Part shown: in pieces, positions 9,801 to 17,656 of the stretch
Layout of the letters: the number at the start of each line of letters is the position of its first letter
Numbering within the stretch: the first letter of the stretch is position 1
Origin: a virus
Lineage: Duplodnaviria; Caudoviricetes
Direction: 5' to 3' (one strand)
Length of the DNA stretch: 25,868 nt
Virus record (IMG/VR): IMGVR_UViG_3300027906_000135
Coordinates: 1-25,868 of that record
Made by a program: the position numbers and the translations under genes
Notes under the pieces: generated by a model
Told to the model about the DNA's origin: nothing
The model's input: the letters and a program-made list of their open reading frames with translations, nothing else
The model's database searches: none

Positions 9801-12800
9801 ATTTTAAACATGAGTTTCTTACTGTAACTCCTGATCAATTTGATGTCACAACAAGTGGTAGTGTTGGTATAACTGGAGGAAAGATATTTTTACAAACTAA
9901 CGCTAAAACTCCTGAATTATTATATTATAACTTAACTCCAGTAAATCCAGATAGAATTACTACTGTTCAGTCTGAAATAGTTGTTGATAAGACTGTTAAG
10001 AATTATAGTACTATTAAATTAGTTGATTCTCTATATGATGGAAAATTTAAGTTATCTTCTATTGGTTCAACTACATTTAGTTTTAATATTCCTAATGAAC
10101 CAGAATGTGCTTCATATACTGATGTAACATCTAGAATGTCTTATGAGACAACATCTGCTGCTGCTTTAGGTGGAATTGCAGATGTTAAGATAACCAATAA
10201 GGGTTATGGATATTCATCTATTCCTGGAATATCTACAATTAGTAGAAGTTATACAGGTACTGCTGCTACCACCTATGGTAATGGTTCTATCTTAAGAGTT
10301 GAAAGTAATTCAATTGGTAATGTTAAAACAACTCATATTACCAATCCTGGTTATGAGTTCCCATATGATAAGACATTACGTCCAAGTGCTGCATTACCAA
10401 GTCTCTTTAAAGTTGATAGATTTAGAACACTAGATCATATTGGACTTAGTTCTGGTGGACATAATTATTCTATCGCACCTAAGTTAATTGTTAAAGATAG
10501 GGTAAGTGGATTAATATTAGATGAATGTGAAATTAAAACTGAAATTAGTGGTTCAGTTGGAGTTTCGACAGTTATTATTGAAGAAAATACTAAGAGATTA
10601 CAAGATCCTAAACCAACCATAATACCTATCCATAACTCAAATGGAGTTGGTATTGAAACTGTTGGATTTACAACTACAACTGCAACTGTAGAACTTACTC
10701 TTGATACTGATTTTTCTGTGGGACAAGATTTCCCATTTGCTGTTGGAGATAAAGTTCTAGTTGAAGGTGTTGGTATTGCTACTACTGGATTTGGATATAA
10801 TTCTAGTGAATATGATTATAACCTCTTTACTTTAAATTCTATAACACCAAATCTTGGTGGTGTTAATCCTAAGGTTAGTTTTATTCTAGAAAATGATAAT
10901 CCAGGTGAATTTAGTCCTGATAATTCAGCAGGACGGATAATACCTGAAAAACATTTTCCTGGTTTTATACCAGTTACTAGAAAGGGTGATTTTAATATTA
11001 AAGAGAAGATTACCCAAGAAACACTTACTGGAACTAAAACTGGTACGGTAATTGGGTGGAATAGAAATAATAATACTTTAAGAATTGCAACTAGTGATGT
11101 ATTTGAGTCTGGTAAGCAAATTGAAGGTGGTTCATCTAATCAGGTTGGTTCTGTACAGTCAATAGAATCCTTTGAATCAACATTTGATGTTGGACCTCTT
11201 GTAGAGCAAAGAAAAGGTTTCCATGAGGTAACTGGATTCTTAAATGACTCTAGACAAAGAATTCCTGATAATGATTATTACCAATCATTCTCATATTCGA
11301 TTAAGTCACCAGTTCAGTATTCTGATTGGAAAGATGTAGTTAGTGAAATAACTCATACTAGTGGATTTAAAAAGTTCTCTGATATGGAAATTGAATCCTT
11401 TGATGGAAGGCCTTCTACTGCAGACGAACAAGGTGCAGGTTCATATGGAACAGGTGGAAGTGGATTCCCTAATGCTGGTATTGGTGCTGCATCTGCAAGT
11501 ACCCCTAATACACAAGAAGTTTCAATTACAGTTGATTTAATTTCTAATAAAAGTGTTGATACATTATTGGATTATGATAATGCTTCTGAATTAACCGTTG
11601 AGGTTGCTGGTATAAGCACTGCAAACCAAATAACAGTATCTAAAGAGATTGTTTTAGATAATAGAATTCTTACTGATTATGAAGAAGCAAGAACTAATAG
11701 GGTTCTTTCAATTGATGATGTTGGAGATTTATTCTCCAGTAAGCCTAGAACTGACCCCTTTGAGAAGTTTGATTTTGTAAACAAAGAAACCTTCTCTGCC
11801 CACAGATACTTCTATCATGTAAAAGATACACGTTATGTCGGAGAAACTCAAACTGGATTCTTCAATGTTGTCCAAGATGGTTCTTATGCCTATATCAGTC
11901 AGTATAGCATAGACAGTCAAGGATTCTTAGGACATTTTGATTATGTCTTTAGTGGTGCATTTGCTAATGTTAATTTCTATCCAACTAAGTATGAATTAAA
12001 CAATTATGTTATTGATTTCATCTCTGTTGACTTCAATAGAATGACAGGTGTTGGAACTGGTGCCGTTACTGGAATTGGTTCAACTTCTATAGGAGATCTT
12101 GTTACAGTTACTGGATTTACTACAACAACTGCTATTGGAGCAGCAAGTACTATTCTTGGTATTAGTTCTACTAATTCTGCTGCTAATAAAGTACTAGTTG
12201 AAGTTGTACAAACTACTGCTGGTATCGATACTCACCAGTTTGCAGAAGTTAATATTGTTCATGATAATAGTGGTAATGATTCTGGTACTGGATTTGTTGA
12301 TTATGGTACTTTCTGTAGTGGTGGGATGATTGGAACATTTGGAGTTGAAACAAATGGACCAACTAATTTGAATTTCTATCCAAATGCTGGTATTAATACG
12401 ACTTGTGCAGTTAAGATTGTTGATTATGAATTTAATTCTAATGCTACTGGAGTTGGTTCTACAACATTGATAGAAGGAATGATGGAATCATTCTACACTT
12501 CTATCTCTGCTTCTGGAACTCCTGGTGAGAATAAGATTTGTGGATTCACAAGTACAGAATATGAAGGTGCTCATTTTATAATCAATATTGAAGATACTAC
12601 TAATAGTAAGGCATCTCTTCATGAAATGCTAGTTTCACATTCAAGTGATGGTATTACTGCTCAAGCTTACTCTGCAGAGTATGGTGAAGTTCTTACATAC
12701 GATCCTGATGGTAATGGATTAGATGTTGGATTAGGAACTGTTGGTGCTGGATTCTCAGGTAGTGATTTCTGTGTTTACTTTACACCAAATGCTAGTATAG

Positions 12801-15800
12801 CAACTAAGGTAAGAGTATATGGAGAAACTGTAGAAAATCAAATATCTGGAGGAATTTCTACTCTTGGAATAGGAGATGGCAATTCGGTTGGACAATTCCG
12901 TACAGGAGAAGGTACTTATAGTGGTACTCTTTCTGTTGTTAAACGTAACTTTAATCTTACTCATAGAAACAGACCAATCTTTAGAAAGGTATGGGATCCT
13001 GAGGTTGATACTTCAGTTGTTAGCATCGATGCTAATACTATTCAACTTGCAGATCACTTCTTAGTTACTGGTGAGAAACTTACTTATGCTTATGATGGAG
13101 CTGGTATTGCTACATCAGGTGGTGTAATTGGAACTAGTGTATATGCTGTAAAAGTTAGTGAAGATTTAATTAGGTTATCACCTACTGCATCCGATGCTCT
13201 TGCAACACCTCCAACAGTTCTTGGATTTACTACAGTTGGAACTGGTAACAGTCATTCTATTACATCTTATAAGCAAGATACTAAGTGTCTAATTGCTCTT
13301 GATAATAATATTCAGTCACCAATAGTTTCTACTGGTGTTACTGTTGGATTGACTAGCACCATGAATGCATCACAGGTAAATGCTCGTATTACAAGCATTG
13401 CTTCAATGGTTGGTGGTGATATTATTAAGATTGATGATGAATATATGAGAGTTAAGTCTACTGGTTATGGTGGAGTTGCAAATCAACTTTTAGTGGATAG
13501 AGGATGGTTAGGTAGTGATTTAGGTGTTCATACAGTATCTTCAGGTAATAATGCTGTAGTTACTAAGTATGATGGTAATTACACTATATTAGGTAATTCA
13601 TTAAACTTTGTAGAACCTCCTTATGGTGAAGAAGGTTATACTGGATTAACAACTCGTTCTACTTTCCAAGGAAGAACCTTTATCAGAACTGCTGAATCAG
13701 ATGATTCGGAAGCATATAAAGATAACCTTATCTTTGATTCAATATCTAAAGACTTTACAGGTATTGCTAAGACATTTACATTAACAAGTGAAAGTGGTAG
13801 TGTTGCTGGATTCTCTACTAATAATGGAGTATTCCTCTTAAATGAGATATTCCAAGGTCCAACAGTTGATTATGATTTAAGTGAAGATGTTAGTGGAATT
13901 TCTTCTATTACATTTACAGGAACTGCTTCATCTGTAACAGCAGATTTGAATGTTGGTACTCTTCCTAGAGGTGGAGTTATTGTTAATGTTGGTTCTTCAG
14001 AAGGGTTAGGTTATCAACCATTAGTTGCTGCTGGTGGTACTGCTAATGTTTCTGGATTGGGAACTATTTCATCTATATCAATTGGTAACAGTGGTAGTGG
14101 ATATAGAATTGGTATTCAAACAGTATTTGTTGGAGTGGGAACCTCTGGTGGTTCTAAGTATCCAAATATTACTGCTATTGGTACTGCTGTTGTAGAGAAT
14201 GGTTATATTGTAAGTATTGGAGTTACAAATGGTGTTGCTGCTGGATATACATTCACAAATCCACCTAAAGTCTTTATTGATGCTCCCACAGGATATGAGA
14301 ATATTCCATTAGTTGCTGCTGGTGGTTCTACAACTAGTGGTGTTGATGCTACGATTGATATCACTGTTGGGTTAGGTAATAGTGTAACTCAATTTAGGAT
14401 TGGTGACACTGGACGTGATTATGCTGTTGGGGATGTATTAACTGTTCCTGCTAATACATCTAATTTTGCGGGAATTCCTACAACTGGTACTTCTGCAAAC
14501 TTTAAGGATTTCCGTATTATCGTAGAATCAGTTCATGATGATAAATTTGCTGGTTGGACATTTGGACAATTAGAAGTACTTGATAACTTTAGTGAATTCT
14601 TTAATGGAGTTACTAAATCCTTTACAATTAAAAAAGCAGGAATTCCTGTTTCACTTAGATCTGCTAAAGGTTCTCCAATTAGAATTCAAGATAATCTACT
14701 TATCTTTATTAATGATATTCTACAAGATCCTGGAGTTTCTTATGAGTTTAAAGGTGGTAGTGTTATCGACTTCCTTGAAGCACCTAAAGCAGGTGATACT
14801 TTAAAGGTATATTACTTTAAAGGATCTGCTTCAGACTCTGTATTTGTTGATATTATTGAAACTATCAAGAAAGGTGATAAGATTCGTCTTCGTGATGAAG
14901 CTACTAAATCTTCAACCTTTGGATTCGATCAGACTGAACGTATTGTTAGTGGAATTCAAACTTCTGACAAATTCAGTACTGTTCAGTACTTTGGACCTGG
15001 AATCACAACTAATACAGCACTTAAGCGTCCTTTGACTTGGACTAAACAGAAAGATGATATTGTTGTTGATGGTGTATATGTTTCTAAATCAAGAATCATT
15101 AATCAATCAGCAATTACTCCTTCTACTAGAATTATTAGCAATGTTGGAATTGGTTCTACTACCATCTATGTTCAAAGTCTTCGTCCATTATTTGATGATA
15201 ATGAAGAAGGATTTACTGGTGCTGATTTGAATTTAAATATTGTTGATGAAAATGCACCTAAGATTGCTGCAGCAGCAACTGCTATTGTTTCTGATACAGG
15301 AACAATTAGTTTAGATTTAACCAATGCAGGTATGGGTTATACTGAAGCACCTACTGTTTCTATCAGTACATACTTTGGTGTAAGTACTTTAGCAACTGCA
15401 AGTGCAACAGTAAGTGCTGCAGGAACAGTTAATACTTTAACTGTTGATAATGCTGGTGTTGGATATACCAATACTTCTACTCCATTAGTATTGATTGGAC
15501 AACCAACAGGTATTGCTGATACTCTTGGTACTCCTGTAATGACTGGTGACTTTGGATTTATTTCTGGTATTGCTGTTACTACTGTTGGAGTAAGTACTGG
15601 ACTTGTATTTGATTTATATGTAAATAATTTGTTTAGAGATGCTACTAGAGTTGGTACTGCAGTTACTATATCTTCAATAAGTACAGGTGATATCTTCTAT
15701 GTTCACAATTCCAATACAGGAATTGGATTAACATCCTACGGAACAGGAACAGGTATTGGTACTGTTGGTATTGGTTCTACATTTATAGATAACATATACG

Positions 15801-16066
15801 AAGCCATGGCGGTTTCTTATAGTGAGAATTATGTAGTTGGAGTTGGTACAACTGGGGTTCAAAGAGTCACAGTTAGTGTATCCTCTACAGAGAGTGTAAC
15901 CACTGGAATTAATAGTTTCTTTGGTTCATATACCTTTGGTAAATTGAGTGGAGTTACTAGAGATAGTGATCCTCATTCATTTGATATTGTTAGCGATAAT
16001 GGAATTACAGGACTTTCAACTGCTCCTGTGATTAGACGAATTAAAAACGTCAAACGTTCTTACTAA
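3836..16066 (+). CDS. gp7: Giant baseplate wedge initiator gp7-like virion structural protein (4076 aa)
   Basis: Uninterrupted 12.2-kb ORF between gp6 and gp8. N-terminal QIPEMI....PLF.EFLEQYY and YVTKGTDDSFEILFRALYG motifs, an internal DNDYYQSFSYSIKS...WKDVV...HTSGFKKF motif (gp7-like), and many beta-rich repeats as in cyanomyovirus giant gp7 proteins. Confidence 0.85.
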   Translation: MIETRAKTYSVVSNQIPEMIQDESPLFGEFLEQYYKSQEFQGGPIDLAENIDQYIKNDSFRQSDLVTSTNLDGAITAYDTTIAVNSTVGFPERYGYLKIGSEIITYTSKDKRQFFGCARGFSAITSLFNSAESDKLVFSTSSSAEHADDATVTNLSNLFLAEFFKKYKELYVPGLEDRSFVKGLDQALFAKQAKDLYVTKGTDDSFEILFRALYGSKASIIKPFEQTIKPSDADYRITEDLVVVALSGNPSKLRGQTLYQDAVDGVLNYSYGSIADVISYDRDGNKYYQISLDAGSDKDISESGSIYGKFSVTPTTRAVTDEVASVNTIYVDSTIGFPESGTLIIGSVEVTYTNKTTNQFLGLSGNSNAVSRNDLIRLKSSIYGYDVDGNKITVRITGVVTDFVIPGPSKQMVTGDLIDVQNLGILEDTNKSFTEWIYNVPNVFNVETVDDIGNGNHKITCPEVHLLYVGDKVTLINQDNSAENSAEVVDIPSNKIAILSGLGSIDLTAIFKARNDLIRAEVLPAVKQPTYKFSANVSNAYNLDVVGIVSGVPYAGPYHTHNGKKMVGPKHTAAPHDFIEGEPSQQTYVTSASIPYYANQQLNADLRGISVKIAATFAGETISTSRSHDFITGDEVYYIPGTVTTSSLIDGVVSTSTTAKTLDPLTEGSYYAYKVDDQSFKLAYSRANIDAGKFIDLTGNVAGITTHEFASRLKDKAIDSQRLVRRFSEPVFDSSGDEFTTTPGEKTGMFVNGVELANYKSRDSIYYGELESVRVLNGGSGHDIINPPELLITDNAGVGATGHVNVKGSFERIDVKYAGFDYLEKPQITISGGNGADAKAEAKMKQGTHSSSLDVQVGINTSDNLVGFTTYHLFNAGERVFYRQNKGTAVGTGTTTLGDGAIYFVGLSSNTAITLHSDFDDAIAGINTVDLSEKGSGTQTFESVKKKNVVDKIFITNPGSGYEYKKRTVISTGINTAQNTINIKDHGYKNGEILTYETTGTVISGLVTTTQYKALVVDNDNFRVATAGVAGTITESYDNGTYVRFTGVGVGTHIFNYQPISVSISGELGISSSLGDYHATMIPVVRGSVTSIDLTQKGSGYGNASIVSYDRTPNIDFLAGSGAELRPVVQDGKIDQVIVTRGGTGYNAPPEIITSGIGTYATLTPVIEGGVITSVTVVNGGVGFVTDRSFLSVETAVDASGRAPVVKPEIKRWELDNVTRYKKLIKLDDGFMENSTGTYGSQFTHLYAPRKLREMLPSLKLDGNKDYGTYDLNYENAEEVSDNHSPIIGFAYDGNPIYGPYGFNRIDGGTIRRMIPGYELNATRQLGPTVGDWPLGSFTNDYTFTNKGDLDKYNGRFCKTPDYPSGTYAYFTTIDSSSQQDATFDKYFTPVFPYVVGESFKSKPDSYNFSPNSITDKVDLENGGYVRNIYPYKLSFNASDYPYVARPDKTIDDFASIVYAQTGEVESVKIENGGYEYKVNDRVVFDDVGTGGINASSKVSKITGKNIVKISSSTTKKDNVTFEVLKDERKILARTPAPHDFKDGDYVSVSGISSQSIVNLDGVYTIGVNTSTFKSSAGIGSTGSTGIVTFIPINGDVDVLQPTDVIGISTEKLFVVNVDSYNSRVRVIREYGGTVGTAYTAGIIIEEKPRELTINVGVNTDAEIKLQKSVYFNPLDVVGLGTTSGVGINSTISVIAPGLASTDIAIPTRSIYLPNHKFTTGESLTYSSGGGTVVSVSTDGVNNFNLPSQVYSVKLGQNTIGLTSMPVGMGSEGVLVGVASTAAEQLYFHSVGTGVTHSLTTQDTELTGSLEKVVVTATATTAHGLGVGDTVFLDVLPGITSAYTVKYNEYNRKFSVGFSTFTQSGVNISSNIISITNHGYSTGDKIIYESAGPVGGLIDNTAYFVIKDSNDSIKLATNYHNATIQYPLPVGLTSTAGADIVHYINPINPLINLTRGQKLELNVADSTLANVSGGTTYSAYAVNFFRDKDFKHEFLTVTPDQFDVTTSGSVGITGGKIFLQTNAKTPELLYYNLTPVNPDRITTVQSEIVVDKTVKNYSTIKLVDSLYDGKFKLSSIGSTTFSFNIPNEPECASYTDVTSRMSYETTSAAALGGIADVKITNKGYGYSSIPGISTISRSYTGTAATTYGNGSILRVESNSIGNVKTTHITNPGYEFPYDKTLRPSAALPSLFKVDRFRTLDHIGLSSGGHNYSIAPKLIVKDRVSGLILDECEIKTEISGSVGVSTVIIEENTKRLQDPKPTIIPIHNSNGVGIETVGFTTTTATVELTLDTDFSVGQDFPFAVGDKVLVEGVGIATTGFGYNSSEYDYNLFTLNSITPNLGGVNPKVSFILENDNPGEFSPDNSAGRIIPEKHFPGFIPVTRKGDFNIKEKITQETLTGTKTGTVIGWNRNNNTLRIATSDVFESGKQIEGGSSNQVGSVQSIESFESTFDVGPLVEQRKGFHEVTGFLNDSRQRIPDNDYYQSFSYSIKSPVQYSDWKDVVSEITHTSGFKKFSDMEIESFDGRPSTADEQGAGSYGTGGSGFPNAGIGAASASTPNTQEVSITVDLISNKSVDTLLDYDNASELTVEVAGISTANQITVSKEIVLDNRILTDYEEARTNRVLSIDDVGDLFSSKPRTDPFEKFDFVNKETFSAHRYFYHVKDTRYVGETQTGFFNVVQDGSYAYISQYSIDSQGFLGHFDYVFSGAFANVNFYPTKYELNNYVIDFISVDFNRMTGVGTGAVTGIGSTSIGDLVTVTGFTTTTAIGAASTILGISSTNSAANKVLVEVVQTTAGIDTHQFAEVNIVHDNSGNDSGTGFVDYGTFCSGGMIGTFGVETNGPTNLNFYPNAGINTTCAVKIVDYEFNSNATGVGSTTLIEGMMESFYTSISASGTPGENKICGFTSTEYEGAHFIINIEDTTNSKASLHEMLVSHSSDGITAQAYSAEYGEVLTYDPDGNGLDVGLGTVGAGFSGSDFCVYFTPNASIATKVRVYGETVENQISGGISTLGIGDGNSVGQFRTGEGTYSGTLSVVKRNFNLTHRNRPIFRKVWDPEVDTSVVSIDANTIQLADHFLVTGEKLTYAYDGAGIATSGGVIGTSVYAVKVSEDLIRLSPTASDALATPPTVLGFTTVGTGNSHSITSYKQDTKCLIALDNNIQSPIVSTGVTVGLTSTMNASQVNARITSIASMVGGDIIKIDDEYMRVKSTGYGGVANQLLVDRGWLGSDLGVHTVSSGNNAVVTKYDGNYTILGNSLNFVEPPYGEEGYTGLTTRSTFQGRTFIRTAESDDSEAYKDNLIFDSISKDFTGIAKTFTLTSESGSVAGFSTNNGVFLLNEIFQGPTVDYDLSEDVSGISSITFTGTASSVTADLNVGTLPRGGVIVNVGSSEGLGYQPLVAAGGTANVSGLGTISSISIGNSGSGYRIGIQTVFVGVGTSGGSKYPNITAIGTAVVENGYIVSIGVTNGVAAGYTFTNPPKVFIDAPTGYENIPLVAAGGSTTSGVDATIDITVGLGNSVTQFRIGDTGRDYAVGDVLTVPANTSNFAGIPTTGTSANFKDFRIIVESVHDDKFAGWTFGQLEVLDNFSEFFNGVTKSFTIKKAGIPVSLRSAKGSPIRIQDNLLIFINDILQDPGVSYEFKGGSVIDFLEAPKAGDTLKVYYFKGSASDSVFVDIIETIKKGDKIRLRDEATKSSTFGFDQTERIVSGIQTSDKFSTVQYFGPGITTNTALKRPLTWTKQKDDIVVDGVYVSKSRIINQSAITPSTRIISNVGIGSTTIYVQSLRPLFDDNEEGFTGADLNLNIVDENAPKIAAAATAIVSDTGTISLDLTNAGMGYTEAPTVSISTYFGVSTLATASATVSAAGTVNTLTVDNAGVGYTNTSTPLVLIGQPTGIADTLGTPVMTGDFGFISGIAVTTVGVSTGLVFDLYVNNLFRDATRVGTAVTISSISTGDIFYVHNSNTGIGLTSYGTGTGIGTVGIGSTFIDNIYEAMAVSYSENYVVGVGTTGVQRVTVSVSSTESVTTGINSFFGSYTFGKLSGVTRDSDPHSFDIVSDNGITGLSTAPVIRRIKNVKRSY

Positions 16067-16069
16067 ATA
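16062..16069 (+). promoter_or_regulatory. Putative T4-type late promoter (ACTAAATA) upstream of gp8
   Basis: Same CTAAATA core as at 1330-1336, again overlapping the upstream stop codon, followed by an A-run, and about 18 nt before the ATG. Confidence 0.65.
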
Positions 16070-16087
16070 GAAAAAAAGTCTAAGTAA

Positions 16088-17653
16088 ATGTCTGCGATTA
16101 TAACAGATCAATTGAGGGTCTTGAATGCTGCTAATTTTGCTGCTGGCATCAAGACTACCACTAATAGCTATTATAGTTTTATAAATCTACCCAATGCTAC
16201 TGATGTTCAGTCAGATTGGGATACTAATGTTCCTGATCCTAAGGATTCTTTTCATCAAGAAGATAGGTATTGGGATACTATGATTGCACTGAAGAAAATA
16301 GGTGCTGGTGACGTAAAAAGAGTTATAAGAAAAATTAGTTGGACATCTGGTACAACTTACGATTATTATAGAGACGATTATAGTAGAGATAATACTGCTG
16401 GACAAACTGGTGCATCAAACTTATATGGTGCAAACTATTATGTAATGAACAGTGATTATAGAGTTTATATTTGTATTGCTAACGGTTATGATCCAGATAA
16501 CTTATTAGGTAAACCGTCTCTTGATGAACCTCTTCACACAGATTTGGAACCAAAGGCTGCTGGTACTAGTGGTGATGGTTATCTTTGGAAGTATCTCTAT
16601 ACTATTAATCCAGGAGATCTTATCAAATTTGAGTCAACTAATTTCATCCCAGTTCCTGATGATTGGATGACTACCACTAATGCAAATATTACTGCTGTAA
16701 GGGGTAATGCTGCTCTTAGTGGAAACCAATTAAAGAATATTGTTATTACTAATAGAGGTGCTGGTTATGGTAATGCTGCTACTTACACCAATGTTCCTAT
16801 TAATGGAAACGGAAACAATGCTAAGTGTTCTGTAACAGTTAATGCTTCTGGACAGATATCTGCTGTTAGTGTTACGCAAGGTGGTGATGGGTATACTTAT
16901 GGTACTGTTGATTTGGAAACTGGTGGTGTTACTAATACCTCTGGTAGTGTTGATGCAACCTTTAATGTCATTATTCCACCTCAAGGAGGACATGGTGCTG
17001 ATATATACCGTGAGTTAGGAGCAACTAGAGTTCTAGTTTATTCTCGTATTGAGAATGATGACTCTAACCCAGACTTTGTTACTGGTAATCAATTTGCTAG
17101 AGTAGGACTTGTTAAGAACCCAGAAGAAAATGGTTCAACAACAATTGTAAGTTCAACACAGGCAAGTGCAGTATATGCTTTGAGATTGAGTGGTGCTGGT
17201 GTAACTGCTGCTACATTTACTGCTGACGCTAGAGTTCGTCAAACAGTTGGTGTAGGTTCTACTGCTGTGGGACAAGTTGTTTCTTGGGATGCAACTACAA
17301 GAGTTCTTAAATATTGGCAATCCAGTGCTCTTTCTGGATTTACCACTGCAGGTATTGCAAAAACAAATCCAGAATATGGATTTGAATTACATGATTTCAC
17401 TGCATCTCCTCCAACTGGAGGTAGTTTAACCGTTAGTGGCGGTTCAGTTGATCTGGGTATTGATACCTCATTTACGGGTATAACCACCGTAATAAATAAT
17501 AAGACGTATAACCTTGGACAAACCTTTACATTAGGTGTTGCGCCACCAGAAGTTAAAAAATACTCTGGAGAGATTATTTACGTTGATAATAGGGCATCTA
17601 TCACGAGATCCACTAATCAAAAAGAAGACATCAAAATCATTGTAGAGTTCTAA
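16088..17653 (+). CDS. gp8: Baseplate wedge subunit gp8
   Basis: 521 aa: MSAIITDQLR.LNA..F, WDTMIALKKI, W.SGTTYDYYRDDY, YRVYICI.NG, DGYLWKYLYTI, and C-terminal SGEIIYVDNR..ITRS.NQKEDIKIIVEF, which are T4 gp8 signatures. Confidence 0.93.
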   Translation: MSAIITDQLRVLNAANFAAGIKTTTNSYYSFINLPNATDVQSDWDTNVPDPKDSFHQEDRYWDTMIALKKIGAGDVKRVIRKISWTSGTTYDYYRDDYSRDNTAGQTGASNLYGANYYVMNSDYRVYICIANGYDPDNLLGKPSLDEPLHTDLEPKAAGTSGDGYLWKYLYTINPGDLIKFESTNFIPVPDDWMTTTNANITAVRGNAALSGNQLKNIVITNRGAGYGNAATYTNVPINGNGNNAKCSVTVNASGQISAVSVTQGGDGYTYGTVDLETGGVTNTSGSVDATFNVIIPPQGGHGADIYRELGATRVLVYSRIENDDSNPDFVTGNQFARVGLVKNPEENGSTTIVSSTQASAVYALRLSGAGVTAATFTADARVRQTVGVGSTAVGQVVSWDATTRVLKYWQSSALSGFTTAGIAKTNPEYGFELHDFTASPPTGGSLTVSGGSVDLGIDTSFTGITTVINNKTYNLGQTFTLGVAPPEVKKYSGEIIYVDNRASITRSTNQKEDIKIIVEF

Positions 17654-17656
17654 AAA

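Noticed and set aside
3833-15035. Short nested ORFs within gp7 (3833-4021, 5472-5654, 8408-8638, 11729-11920, 12755-12964, 12876-13064, 14580-14804, 14844-15035)
   Set aside because: All are 60-76 aa. The Leu/Ile/Met-rich or Ser/Thr/Ile-rich translations are expected by-products of the strong NNT codon bias of the main frame.
16070-16087. A7 run after gp7 as a terminator or frameshift site
   Set aside because: No GC-rich hairpin on either strand, and it lies after the stop codon; it is best read as the A-rich leader of gp8.
17491-17498. AATAAATA inside gp8 as a late promoter for the VrlC-like gene
   Set aside because: It lies within coding sequence (V-I-N-N) about 160 nt from the next start, and such words are common at this AT content; unsupported without TSS data.
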